Source: a bacterium
GTDB taxonomy: Bacteria > Omnitrophota > Gorgyraeia > Aquiviventales > Aquiviventaceae
NCBI GenBank assembly: GCA_036396895.1
Contig: DASWKB010000024.1
Location: 2,115 to 66,114 of the forward strand
Length of the DNA: 64,000 nucleotides
Direction: 5' to 3'
The position numbers and the translations under genes are program-made. A model generated the notes under the pieces. The model had not been told where the DNA came from and did no database searches. It worked only from the letters and a program-made list of their open reading frames with translations. Positions 14,567 to 23,551 of this stretch are shown here, piece by piece (the first letter of the stretch is position 1; each line of letters opens with the position of its first letter).

Positions 14567-15858
14567 CGGGTCCGCTCCCGCGCGGGCGTGAGATCGCCCG
14601 CCGCGCCCCACAGGCGCACCTCCGGCAGCGGCACGATCATCTTCCCGCCCGCTTCGAGGAATCCCCGGTGCTGCTTCATGATCGGCTCCGCGAAGTTCCA
14701 GGCCAGGATGACCAGCACGTCCGGGCGCCGCGCGGGGTCCTGGAGCACCGACGCCGGCACGACCGGGATGTGCAGTCCCGGGCTGAACAGGCCCTGCTTC
14801 AAGGGACTCTCGTCCACGATGTACTCGAGCGTCTCCGCTCCGAGCCCGAACTGGTACATGAGCGTGGTCGCCTTCGCCGGCGCGCCGAACCCCGCGAAGC
14901 GGGCGCCGGAGGCCTTCAGCTCGGACAGGAGCGCCGTGAGCTCGGCGCCCCGCCGCTCGATGCGGCTCATCAGCTCGACGAACGCCTCGGAGCCGTGCAG
15001 GCCCATCCGCCGCTCGAGCGCCACCAGCTCCTCCACCCGGGGCGACGCCGCCGGGTGGGCGGCCGCGGGCCGCGCCACGCCCCGCAGGGACCCGCCGTGC
15101 GGATCGACCCGGAGCGCGTCCGTCAGGCACAATCCGTGGCGCGCGAAAAACCCGATGAGGGGCTTCACGCTGTGGTAGCTCAGGTGCTCGTGGTAGATCG
15201 TATCGAAGAGGGTCTTCTCGTAGACATCCACGAGATACGATACCTCGAAGACGAACGCCCCGTCAGGCGCGAGCAGGTCCGCGACGCCTTCCGCGATGCC
15301 GTGCAAATCGTCCGCGTGCGCGAAGACGTTGTTGGCCGCGATCAGCTTCGGCCGCCGGCCCTCCGCGGCAAGGCGCGACGCCAGAGCCTGATCGAAGAAC
15401 TCGGGCCGCGTCTCGATGCCCCTGGCCGCCGCCTGCTCCGCGATCGCCCGCGCCGGGTCCACGCCGAGCACCTTCAGGCCCGCCTCCTTGAAGAACCCGA
15501 GGAACGTCCCGTCGTTGCTGCCGATTTCAAGGACTTCATCGCCAGGCGCCAGCCCCAGGTCCCGGATGCAGGCGGCCGCGTAGCGGCGGAAATGCTCGAC
15601 GAAGACCGGCGAGGTGCCCGAGACGTAGACGTAGTTGCGGAACAAGAGCTCCGGATCCACGACGTCGAGCAGCTGCGCGTGGCTGCACTCGCGGCACAGC
15701 CGCACGTCCAGGGGAAAGCGCTCCTGCTCCCGTCCGCGCGCCGAGGCGTCCACGAACGCGTTCGCCGGCGGGGTCGCGGCGAGAGAGAGCACCGGCTCCA
15801 CTCGACGGGAGCCGCACAGGCGGCAGTCCGTCCGGCGCCGGCAGCGCGGGCCGCTCAT
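14563..15858 (-). CDS. NDP-hexose C-methyltransferase (TylCIII-like; zinc-ribbon, SAM-MT and C-methyltransferase C-terminal domains)
   Basis: CRLCGS...CRECSHAQL zinc pair, LEIGSNDG SAM motif, FDTIYHEHLSYHS. Confidence 0.8.
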   Translation of the reverse strand: MSGPRCRRRTDCRLCGSRRVEPVLSLAATPPANAFVDASARGREQERFPLDVRLCRECSHAQLLDVVDPELLFRNYVYVSGTSPVFVEHFRRYAAACIRDLGLAPGDEVLEIGSNDGTFLGFFKEAGLKVLGVDPARAIAEQAAARGIETRPEFFDQALASRLAAEGRRPKLIAANNVFAHADDLHGIAEGVADLLAPDGAFVFEVSYLVDVYEKTLFDTIYHEHLSYHSVKPLIGFFARHGLCLTDALRVDPHGGSLRGVARPAAAHPAASPRVEELVALERRMGLHGSEAFVELMSRIERRGAELTALLSELKASGARFAGFGAPAKATTLMYQFGLGAETLEYIVDESPLKQGLFSPGLHIPVVPASVLQDPARRPDVLVILAWNFAEPIMKQHRGFLEAGGKMIVPLPEVRLWGAAGDLTPARERTR

Positions 15859-16277
15859 GGGGCCGTGCCCTCCCCCGGCACGCCGGGGATGCGGACGCGC
15901 ACCGTGTCCTCCTCGTAGCGCTCCATCTGGCGGCTGTTGCGCGCGAACACCAGCATCACGGAGTCCTTCGTGAACACCATGGCGTGCTCATGCATCGGGG
16001 GCGTGAAGAAGACCTGCCCCGCCGAGATGCGCCAGCGCTGCGCCGGACCGGTTTCGCCGACCGGGCGCTGGAAGTAGTGCATCTCGCCCTCCTGGAGCCA
16101 GCAATAATGGTAATCCGTCTTGTGGTAATGCTGGGCGCGCACGGCGCCCGCGACCGACCGGATGACGACGGCGCTCGCAAAGACCGCTTCGATCAGGTTG
16201 AGGATTTCTCCCCGCTCGTCCACGAACGGCGGCCGGAGCGGCACCAATGGCTCATCGGCGTGCGGCATCGCCCACAC
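15855..16277 (-). CDS. cupin-fold sugar isomerase/epimerase-like protein
   Basis: 140 aa with cupin motifs RAQHYHK and PPMHEHAMVF. Overlaps both neighbours. Confidence 0.6.
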   Translation of the reverse strand: MWAMPHADEPLVPLRPPFVDERGEILNLIEAVFASAVVIRSVAGAVRAQHYHKTDYHYCWLQEGEMHYFQRPVGETGPAQRWRISAGQVFFTPPMHEHAMVFTKDSVMLVFARNSRQMERYEEDTVRVRIPGVPGEGTAP

Positions 16278-17328
16278 CGTTCGCCGATTCCTCCGGAACC
16301 TCCCGCGCCCCGTCCGCCGCCGGTAGGGATGCCTTCACATGGAGCAGAAAGTTCCCCCCGTGCTTCAACCGCGGTGCAATGCGGATCCCTGCAACCGCGT
16401 ACCGCCATCCGCAGGCGCGCAGCAAACGAGAGAGACGATTGGGTTTGAGCTGACCCGCGAATCGGAACCCGCATCGCGCCATCAGACCGTTGAAGGTGTT
16501 CACATCGTCGTAGCAGGCATGCTGCGCGAGATGGATCGCCTCATGCGGACTGCCCGAGGTGGCAAACGTGGATTTGCTGATACACAGGCCATCTGAACGC
16601 AACATCCCGTGGATCGTTCCCAGCGCCTCCTCCAAGTCGAACAGGTGCTCAAGGACGTCCCAGGCGAAGATCGCGTCATAGGATCCATCACGCCGCTGTC
16701 CGGAACCGGCGGCATCCACCATCCTCACCGCCACGCCATGCCGCGCGAAGCGCCACGACGCATACTCGAAGGTTTTCCCGGCGACATCCAGATACGCGCA
16801 CGGAATTCCGCACCGGTTCAGGGTGAGCGCCGTCCCTCCGACCCCCCCGCCGAAATCCAGAACGCGGCCGCACTTGAATCTGCGGCACGCCAGAGCCGCC
16901 ACCCGCAGCCAGGCCTGCTTGTCCAATGACGCCTCCCAGTAGCTCAGCTCGTAGAGATAGTGCGGCGTCGCCGCATAATAGGCCAACACGTCCGCGGGAT
17001 TGGTCGCGTTAGCCACGCGCTCCTGCGCGGACCGGTCTGCGCCCTCACGGTATGCCCAATACTCCCGGGCGATCTCCTCGATCGGTTGTCGCAGATACTC
17101 CGTGAGATCCCCAAACACCAGGGGGACCGCGCCCCGATCCAACCCTCCAAGGCTGAGCTCCTGCTCGAGCCTCCGGTCATAGAACCGCGTGATGGTCAGG
17201 CCCTCCTCCGGCTTCCTGCAACGCCTTGGACGGACGAGGCGCTCCGGACGCGAAGCCCTCCACGCGTTCGAAGTACTTGGCCCATTCCAGAAAGTGCACC
17301 CATGCAAAGAGGCCGGCGAAGACCACAC
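16252..17328 (-). CDS. class I SAM-dependent methyltransferase
   Basis: VLDFGGGVGGTAL and DAIFAWDVLEHL. The true start is probably internal because the first ~150 nt overlap the upstream GT2 gene. Confidence 0.7.
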   Translation of the reverse strand: MWSSPASLHGCTFWNGPSTSNAWRASRPERLVRPRRCRKPEEGLTITRFYDRRLEQELSLGGLDRGAVPLVFGDLTEYLRQPIEEIAREYWAYREGADRSAQERVANATNPADVLAYYAATPHYLYELSYWEASLDKQAWLRVAALACRRFKCGRVLDFGGGVGGTALTLNRCGIPCAYLDVAGKTFEYASWRFARHGVAVRMVDAAGSGQRRDGSYDAIFAWDVLEHLFDLEEALGTIHGMLRSDGLCISKSTFATSGSPHEAIHLAQHACYDDVNTFNGLMARCGFRFAGQLKPNRLSRLLRACGWRYAVAGIRIAPRLKHGGNFLLHVKASLPAADGAREVPEESANGVGDAARR

Positions 17329-18016
17329 CGTGCATCCCCTCCCGGAAGCCCTGCTTCTTCACCAGGAACTTCCAGAACAGCTTCCAGGGCTTCCAGATGA
17401 GATGCTCCCGCACCCGCGGCACCAGTCCCGGCCCCTGTTCCTCGTACCATTCCCGGGCCTGGTCGGAGCTGTACCGGTTCTGCCGGCTGATGAACTGCTC
17501 CAGACTGCGAAACGGGCGATGCTCCACCTCCCCGGACAGCCGGCCCACCGCCCCCTGCACTTGCGGCGTGTGATGCACGCGCCCCGCAAAACGCGTCCCG
17601 TCCCGCCGAAACAGCCGCAGGATATCGTGATACCATCCTCCGTAGCGCATGCGATGTCCGAGGAAAAAGTTCAGCCGCTTGTAGGTGAAACCCCGGCAGA
17701 CGGTGGGCTGCTGCAGCATCCGGAGAATCTCATCGCGCAGCGCGGGAGTGACCCATTCGTCCGCGTCCAGCGCCAACACCCAGTCCCCCTGGATGTGGTC
17801 CAGTCCGAAGTTTCCCTGACTGGAGAAATCATCGAAGGCCCGCCGCACCACCCGCGCGCCAGACCGGCGCGCGAGCTCCGCGGTGCGATCGGTGCTCATG
17901 TCATCCACCACGACGATGTCGTCCGCCCACTGCACGCGCTCCAAACAGGACGCGATCCGCGCCTCCTCATTCCGCGCGAGCACCAGGACCGACAGCGTGC
18001 TCCGCGCGGCCGTCAT
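17177..18016 (-). CDS. GT2-family glycosyltransferase
   Basis: LSVLVLARNEE, VVVDDMSTDRT, LALDADE. Confidence 0.85.
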   Translation of the reverse strand: MTAARSTLSVLVLARNEEARIASCLERVQWADDIVVVDDMSTDRTAELARRSGARVVRRAFDDFSSQGNFGLDHIQGDWVLALDADEWVTPALRDEILRMLQQPTVCRGFTYKRLNFFLGHRMRYGGWYHDILRLFRRDGTRFAGRVHHTPQVQGAVGRLSGEVEHRPFRSLEQFISRQNRYSSDQAREWYEEQGPGLVPRVREHLIWKPWKLFWKFLVKKQGFREGMHGVVFAGLFAWVHFLEWAKYFERVEGFASGAPRPSKALQEAGGGPDHHAVL

Positions 18017-18768
18017 TCAGCTCTCCACATCCACACGCGCGCCGCTTCCGGGCGGGAGGCGATCGGCCCGCGTCGACAGACGTACAGGAGCGACCAGCTC
18101 AACGCCGTCGGGCAGCACGCGGACATCAGGCGGCTGGCGAGGAACTTGCGAAGCGACCTGAGCTTTCCGTTCCTGCACAGCGGCGGCCGCTTCACGTAGC
18201 CCCGCACGCGCACCACGTTGAAGCCCTGCGCCTCCAACAAGTTCCGCCACTGGCCGATGGTCGCCACGCGCTCCACGTGCTGGAAGGGGACCTGCTCCTC
18301 CTTTCCGGCGCAGACGCTCACAATGTCCCCCAGCCAGAATTTATTCGGCATCATCACGCACAGCCAGCCGTCGCCGGTCAGCACCCGGCGCATTTCCGCC
18401 AGGGCCGGCGCCATCTGTTCGAAATTCTCCAGACTCCCGAAGCACGTGACGGCGTCAAACGCGCCCTCGGCGAACGGCAGCTGTTCCGCGCTGGCGACAA
18501 GGACCCGCCCCGGCCCGCCTGCGGAGGGGATCCGGCTCACGGCGTTGAACGCGATATCCACTCCCCACACGTCGCGTCCGAGCTCGGCGCCGGCCATCAG
18601 CACGCCCCCTTCCCCGCACGCCACATCCAGGACGCGAGCCCCCTTCTGCAGCGGGAACTGGCGCAGCGCCCAGCGGTAGAAGCCGCGCTCATCGTGGAGC
18701 CCTGACGACGCGTAGAGCCGCTCGTAGGAGCTTCGGTGCGCCTGTGGATCCGTCGCGACCTTCGTCAT
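18013..18768 (-). CDS. class I SAM-dependent methyltransferase
   Basis: VLDVACGEGG, FDAVTCFGSLENF. ATG at 18768 forms an ATGA overlap with the upstream stop. The track ORF runs to 18981. Confidence 0.8.
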   Translation of the reverse strand: MTKVATDPQAHRSSYERLYASSGLHDERGFYRWALRQFPLQKGARVLDVACGEGGVLMAGAELGRDVWGVDIAFNAVSRIPSAGGPGRVLVASAEQLPFAEGAFDAVTCFGSLENFEQMAPALAEMRRVLTGDGWLCVMMPNKFWLGDIVSVCAGKEEQVPFQHVERVATIGQWRNLLEAQGFNVVRVRGYVKRPPLCRNGKLRSLRKFLASRLMSACCPTALSWSLLYVCRRGPIASRPEAARVWMWRAE

Positions 18769-19550
18769 CGGCCAGGCCCCGAGGCGGACTGATGAGCCTG
18801 CTGCTGCAGCTCCCAATACTTCGCAAAGCTCACGAACTGGTACATCCCCGCCATGACCGCCAGCACGTACCCCAGCATGCCGTCCCGGAAGCCGCGCTTG
18901 CCGATCAGGGCCCTGAGGAAACGGTCGAGCGACCGCCACAGGGCTTTTCCGACCGTCATCGTTCGGCGATCCGCCATCCATTTCGCCGCCTCGAGGCTGG
19001 TCTGGCGGTTCATTTTCTCGACGAAATCATGAAGATCGCGGTAGCTGTAATGGAGAATGTCGCCGCGCAGCAACACCGATGGGCGATCGGAGATGGCGCG
19101 TGGATGGACCGTCGTCTCTTCCCAGCGGAACACGGTGCGCTTGAACAATTTGATCTGAGGACTCGGATACCAGCCCCCGTATCGCACCCAGCGCTCCCCG
19201 ACGAAATTCCGCCTGGGAATGGCGAAGACTTCCCCCGCGGGAACGGCGCTGAGCAGGGTGCCGATCTCATCAGCCAATTCGGGCGTCACCCGCTCATCCG
19301 CGTCAAGACTGAGGATCCAATCGTGCTTGGCCTGCGCGTGGGCCCAGTTGCGATGCCGCCCTTCGAGATCCATCGCGCGCGACACGACCCGCGCGCCCAG
19401 GGTCTTCGCGAGGCTCGCGGTGCCGTCCGTGCTCTCATCGTCCACCACCAGCACCTCGTCCGCCCACGAGACGCTCCGGATGCACTCGGCGAGCCGGGCC
19501 GACTCGTTCTTGGCGAGAATGACGACGCTCAGCGGGACCGCCGCGCCCAT
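18765..19550 (-). CDS. GT2-family glycosyltransferase (paralog of 17177-18016)
   Basis: LSVVILAKNES, LVVDDESTDGT, LSLDADE. Confidence 0.85.
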   Translation of the reverse strand: MGAAVPLSVVILAKNESARLAECIRSVSWADEVLVVDDESTDGTASLAKTLGARVVSRAMDLEGRHRNWAHAQAKHDWILSLDADERVTPELADEIGTLLSAVPAGEVFAIPRRNFVGERWVRYGGWYPSPQIKLFKRTVFRWEETTVHPRAISDRPSVLLRGDILHYSYRDLHDFVEKMNRQTSLEAAKWMADRRTMTVGKALWRSLDRFLRALIGKRGFRDGMLGYVLAVMAGMYQFVSFAKYWELQQQAHQSASGPGR

Positions 19551-20692
19551 GCCGCTGTCAGTCCTGCCTCATCGTCCTGCCGCACCACCTCCGCGCCGTG
19601 CGCCCACCGCAACAGGCGCATCGCCCGCACCCACCCCTCGCCCGGCGCCGCGATCACGTCGTAGCGCTTCTTGCGCCGCTTGAGGACCCGCGCCGCCGCC
19701 GCCACACTCCCCCCGCGCGCCGGGACGCGCATCCAATGGATGTCCGCGTGAGGAATCTGCCCCACGGAGCGCATCATCGCCTGCGGCGTCAAACCGGACG
19801 GCAGCGGGGCGAACACGTACACGTGCGTGCGCCGCCGGGCCCACGCGAGCACGCGCGCCAGCCACGCCTTGAGCTCCTCCGACTCCGGCGCGCCGCTCTC
19901 ACGCTGCGGCCACGCGATGCGGATCCGTCGGCCCCACTTCTCGTCGCACCATCGCTGGTTGCGACGGAACAAGGCTTCCCGCTCGGGCATCTTCTTCACC
20001 GTCTTGTGCTCGGCATGGAACACGTACGCCCCTTCGGCGACGACGCAGCGGAACCCCGCCCGCTGGGCGCGCATGCAGAAGTCCTCGTCCTCGAAAAAAA
20101 TCCGCTCAACCTCTTCGCTCAACCCCCCCGTCCGGTCCAGGACCGAGCGCTTGATGAGCATGCAGAACCCGATGCACATCCCGACCTCGGTGTACGTCCC
20201 CCTGCGCCCGGCGCGCACCGCCGCGTGCTCGTCCAGCGACACGCCCCGCGCCGGCACGTCGCCGAAGGTGCTGCTGCCGGGATTGACGACGCCCACGTCC
20301 TGGTTCACCGCCGCGACAGCGACCATTTCGTCCAGCCATCCCGGGGTGAAGCGCAGGTCGTTATTCAGCAGGACCACGTACGGGGCGCGCGAGGCGCGGA
20401 TGCCCCGGTTCATGCCCTTCGGAAAGCCTTCGTTCGTCTCGTTCTGCAGCAGCACGACGTCGGTGATCGCGCCCTGCGGCCGCACGCCCGCGAGAAACTC
20501 CCGCACGGGCGCGTCGCTCCCGTTGTCCACGATGAGGAGCCGGCTGGGAACCCTGGTCGTCGCGAAGAGGCTCTCGAGGCACGGCCGCGTTTCCTCGAGA
20601 TGGTTCCAGCTCAGCAACACCAGATCACACGCCACCCCAGGTCCACTGTCCACAGACGACGGTCCACTGACCACAGCGTCACCGGGCATCAC
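19529..20692 (-). CDS. GT2-family glycosyltransferase
   Basis: LVLLSWNHLEETRPCLESL, IVDNGSDAP, LLNNDLRFTPGW. Start uncertain (20692, 20689 or a GTG near 20635) because the first ~15 codons are a hepta-5 array. Confidence 0.8.
   Translation of the reverse strand: MMPGDAVVSGPSSVDSGPGVACDLVLLSWNHLEETRPCLESLFATTRVPSRLLIVDNGSDAPVREFLAGVRPQGAITDVVLLQNETNEGFPKGMNRGIRASRAPYVVLLNNDLRFTPGWLDEMVAVAAVNQDVGVVNPGSSTFGDVPARGVSLDEHAAVRAGRRGTYTEVGMCIGFCMLIKRSVLDRTGGLSEEVERIFFEDEDFCMRAQRAGFRCVVAEGAYVFHAEHKTVKKMPEREALFRRNQRWCDEKWGRRIRIAWPQRESGAPESEELKAWLARVLAWARRRTHVYVFAPLPSGLTPQAMMRSVGQIPHADIHWMRVPARGGSVAAAARVLKRRKKRYDVIAAPGEGWVRAMRLLRWAHGAEVVRQDDEAGLTAAWARRSR
20638..20677. repeat. hepta-5 tandem array (GTCCACN)
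   Basis: caggtccactgtccacagacgacggtccactgaccacagc. Confidence 0.75.
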
Positions 20693-20825
20693 AACGTCTT
20701 TCGCAGTCCCTGAATCATCCTGACCAGCACCTCGGCATGCTCGTAGTGCTGCCGAAATTCCTGCTTTTCAAACTTGAATCCCATTATCCCTCGTCGCGTG
20801 CTCAAGCACCAACTTCGCGTGTCAG

Positions 20826-20866
20826 GCTGTGGTCTGTGGACAGTGGACTGTGGACTGCGTGTGGAC
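20826..20866. repeat. hepta-5 tandem array, inverted orientation (TGTGGAC)
   Basis: gctgtggtc-tgtggac-agtggac-tgtggac-tgcgtgtggac. Abuts the stop of the 20866 gene. Confidence 0.8.
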
Positions 20867-21987
20867 TAGTCGCCGCGTGTCAGACCGTGCTGTTCCAGCT
20901 CGCGGGTCGCGGCCTCGACGCGGTCGACGGCGTGCTGGGTCTCTCCCCAGGCGGCGAGGTCCGCCAGCCCCTCCTCCAGGCCGACGCGGGGGGCGAACCC
21001 GAGCGCGCGGATGCGCGAGATGTCCGCCACGCAGTGCCGGATGTCGCCCGCGCGGAACTTCTTCGTGATCTCCGGCTCCACCGAAACCCGGTAGAGCGTC
21101 CCGAGCGCCTGCGCGATTCCGGCGACCGTCGTCGGAGCGCCCGTGCCCACGTTGAGCGCCCGCCCGTTCGCGCCCGCCTCGCGCAGGACCAGGAGGTTGG
21201 CCGCGACGATATCGCTCACGTGCACAAAGTCGCGCGACTGCCGGCCGTCCTCGAAGAGGATCGGCGCGTGCCGGTTCTTGATGCGGGCGGAAAAGATCGC
21301 GCAGACCCCCGTGTAGGGATTCGAGAGCGCCTGGCGCGGCCCGTAGACGTTGAAGTAGCGGAGCGCGACCGCCGGGATGCGATAGCCGTGCCCGACCGAG
21401 AGGCACAACTCCTCCTGGTCGCGCTTCGTCACCGCGTAGACCGAGGTGGGGGCGAGGGGCTTCTCCTCGGGCGTCGTCTCCGGGGAGGCGCCGGCGCCGC
21501 AGGACGGGCAGCGCATCTCCCACTCCCCACCGGCCAGCTGCGACTCCGGGCGCAGACTCGGATGCACCGGGCCGCACGCGGGACAGCGGTACCGCCCTTC
21601 CCCGTAAATGCTCATGGAGCTTGCCACGACCAGTTTCGCCAGGTCGCGGCGGGCGCGGATGACGGCCTCGAGCAGCACGGCGGTCCCCAGCACGTTCGCG
21701 GCGGCATACCGCTCGATCTGGTACATGGACTGTCCGACGCCGACGGCGGCGGCTTCATGGAATACGGCTTCGATGCCGTGCAGCGCCGTCTCCACGGCCT
21801 TCGGATCGCGGACGTCTCCCCAACGGTATTCCGCGCCGGCGTTGAGGTAGTCGGGCTGCTTGCCCTCGTGCACCTGCGGGTCCAGGCTGTCCAGCACCCG
21901 GACCCGGTGCCCGTCGCGCACCAGGGCGTCCACCAGGTGGGAACCGATGAATCCCGCGCCCCCCGTCACCAGAATCCTCATTCGCAT
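20866..21987 (-). CDS. SDR-family NDP-sugar epimerase/dehydratase with an inserted CxxC...CxxC zinc-ribbon
   Basis: MRMRILVTGGAGFIGSH, SSMSIYGEG, YAVTK. AAGGAG Shine-Dalgarno 5 nt upstream of the ATG at 21987. Confidence 0.85.
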   Translation of the reverse strand: MRMRILVTGGAGFIGSHLVDALVRDGHRVRVLDSLDPQVHEGKQPDYLNAGAEYRWGDVRDPKAVETALHGIEAVFHEAAAVGVGQSMYQIERYAAANVLGTAVLLEAVIRARRDLAKLVVASSMSIYGEGRYRCPACGPVHPSLRPESQLAGGEWEMRCPSCGAGASPETTPEEKPLAPTSVYAVTKRDQEELCLSVGHGYRIPAVALRYFNVYGPRQALSNPYTGVCAIFSARIKNRHAPILFEDGRQSRDFVHVSDIVAANLLVLREAGANGRALNVGTGAPTTVAGIAQALGTLYRVSVEPEITKKFRAGDIRHCVADISRIRALGFAPRVGLEEGLADLAAWGETQHAVDRVEAATRELEQHGLTRGD

Positions 21988-22066
21988 TCGGCTCCTTCTA
22001 TCGCCCGCTATCCTGTCTCTCCAGGATGTGGCATCACACCGCCGCATCCTCCCGCCACGTCGATCG

Positions 22067-22150
22067 TGCCAAATGCGGAATCCGGAATTGGGAATTCGGA
22101 ATTATTGCGGACCGTGGAGATTCCGCATTCCGCATTCCGCATTCCGAATT
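22067..22150. repeat. inverted hepta-1 arrays forming a hairpin
   Basis: tgccaaatgcggaatccggaattgggaattcggaatt, loop of about 16 nt, attccgcattccgcattccgcattccgaatt. Confidence 0.85.
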
Positions 22151-23010
22151 ACCGTATTCTTCAGAGGATTGGCGAGGCCGAGACGCGATTCGGCCAGTTC
22201 CAGCAGCCGCCTCAGCCGGTGGGCGTACGTGTGGCGCTCCAGAACGAGCGAGGAGCCCGCGCGGGCGATCTCCGTGCGCGCCGGCTCATCCGCCAGATAC
22301 CGATCGATGACCTCGAAGAGCTCCTCGGGCCGCCGGTACGTGACCAGGTGCTCACCGGGCTCCAGGCCCAGCGCTTCCATCTCCCCGTTGTCCAGCGCGT
22401 TCGTGACCAGGAGCGCGCCCGCGGCCATCACTTCGAACATCCGCATGTTGACGTCATTGGCGATGGAAAAGTTGAAGCCGACCCTGGCCCGCCCGTAAAT
22501 GTGCGCCAGGTCCGTGTGGGGAGCTCGCCCAATCCGGCTGGACGGATAGCGCTCGCGCAAGGCCTGCAGGATGAATTTGCGCGGCACGCCGCCGTCATTG
22601 CCGACGAACGCGACGTCCCAGACGGCACCCTGCGGCGGCGCGGCGTGCACCCGGGGGTCGCAGGCCACCGGAAGCCACTCGGCCCCTGGCAGCCGTTCCG
22701 CCCCCGAGAGATGGCACGACAGAAGGAGATCGTAGCGTCCCGCCGTCCGGCGGATCTTCCTGAAACTGTGCGGCAGGTGCGTATCAATTGCGTAGAACAC
22801 CGCGGGTCGCAGCATCTTCGGCAGCGGCACCTCGTAATCGTCCCCATGGTCCACCCGAAGATACAGATCGTACTCTGGAGGCGGAGGAATGCGCGCCGCC
22901 TCGCTCAGGCTCCAATGATCATGCGCCACGCCCAGTGCGTCGCAGGCGCGCTCGAGATACCCGCCGGTGGTGTCCGGCCTCGTCGTGTTGAAAATGAGCG
23001 CAATCTTCAT
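22102..23010 (-). CDS. CgeB-family / Glyco_trans_1_2-type glycosyltransferase-like protein
   Basis: MKIALIF N-terminus. VGFNFSIANDVNMRMFEVMAAGALLVTN resembles the CgeB family. Alternative ATGs at 23019 and 23025. The last ~12 codons translate the hepta-1 hairpin (IRNAECGMRN). Confidence 0.6.
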   Translation of the reverse strand: MKIALIFNTTRPDTTGGYLERACDALGVAHDHWSLSEAARIPPPPEYDLYLRVDHGDDYEVPLPKMLRPAVFYAIDTHLPHSFRKIRRTAGRYDLLLSCHLSGAERLPGAEWLPVACDPRVHAAPPQGAVWDVAFVGNDGGVPRKFILQALRERYPSSRIGRAPHTDLAHIYGRARVGFNFSIANDVNMRMFEVMAAGALLVTNALDNGEMEALGLEPGEHLVTYRRPEELFEVIDRYLADEPARTEIARAGSSLVLERHTYAHRLRRLLELAESRLGLANPLKNTVIRNAECGMRNLHGPQ

Positions 23011-23086
23011 TGGAGCCATGCGCATGCACCCGGCCGCTGAGGGACCCCCGGCCCGCGCAGGGCCGCCTCCCGACCCCTCAACCGCG

Positions 23087-23551
23087 TCATCGCGCGGACA
23101 CCGGACCCGCGCCTGCATCCGCCGGCGGGACGGCGACTCCGAGCGTCCGCACCCAGGCCTCGCGCTCGACCGGCCCGGCTCCTGCGGCGAGCTCGTACCC
23201 GCCGCGCACCTCGCCGATGAAGGCGATCCGCACGCCGGCGCGTTCCCAGAACCCGGGCCAGCCATCGAAACGGCGGCGGGAGCGTTCGTTGTCCACCAGC
23301 ACTCCTGCCAGCCGTCCCGAAGCGGACAGCACTCCCAGCAGGCTCCACACCGCCGGCCAGAACCAGCCGCGCGGCACGTCCCAGATCCGCACGTGCGGCT
23401 TCGGCGCGATCAGCGAACGCACCCCGCGCCCGAGCCGGCCTTTCACCACGTGGATGATCTCGACGCCCGCATCCTCCAAATCCAGCGAGCACTTCCGAGC
23501 CGGCCCCCACCCGCGCTCGACCAGCGACAGGACCACGCGAGGCCGGCTCAC
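23087..23551 (-). CDS. hypothetical protein
   Basis: 154-aa ORF with balanced composition, unlike the overlapping Arg-rich ORFs. GTGA overlap with the upstream stop. No motif recognised. Confidence 0.4.
   Translation of the reverse strand: MSRPRVVLSLVERGWGPARKCSLDLEDAGVEIIHVVKGRLGRGVRSLIAPKPHVRIWDVPRGWFWPAVWSLLGVLSASGRLAGVLVDNERSRRRFDGWPGFWERAGVRIAFIGEVRGGYELAAGAGPVEREAWVRTLGVAVPPADAGAGPVSAR

Noticed and set aside
13484-15130. Long N-terminal extensions of minus-strand ORFs (13484-15130, 22102-23265, 27440-28804, 58185-59345, 59547-61007, 18013-18981)
   Set aside because: The extensions are Arg/Gly/Ala-rich, overlap the upstream gene for hundreds of nt, and precede an internal ATG that gives a canonical family N-terminus. 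That internal ATG often forms an exact ATGA overlap with the upstream stop.
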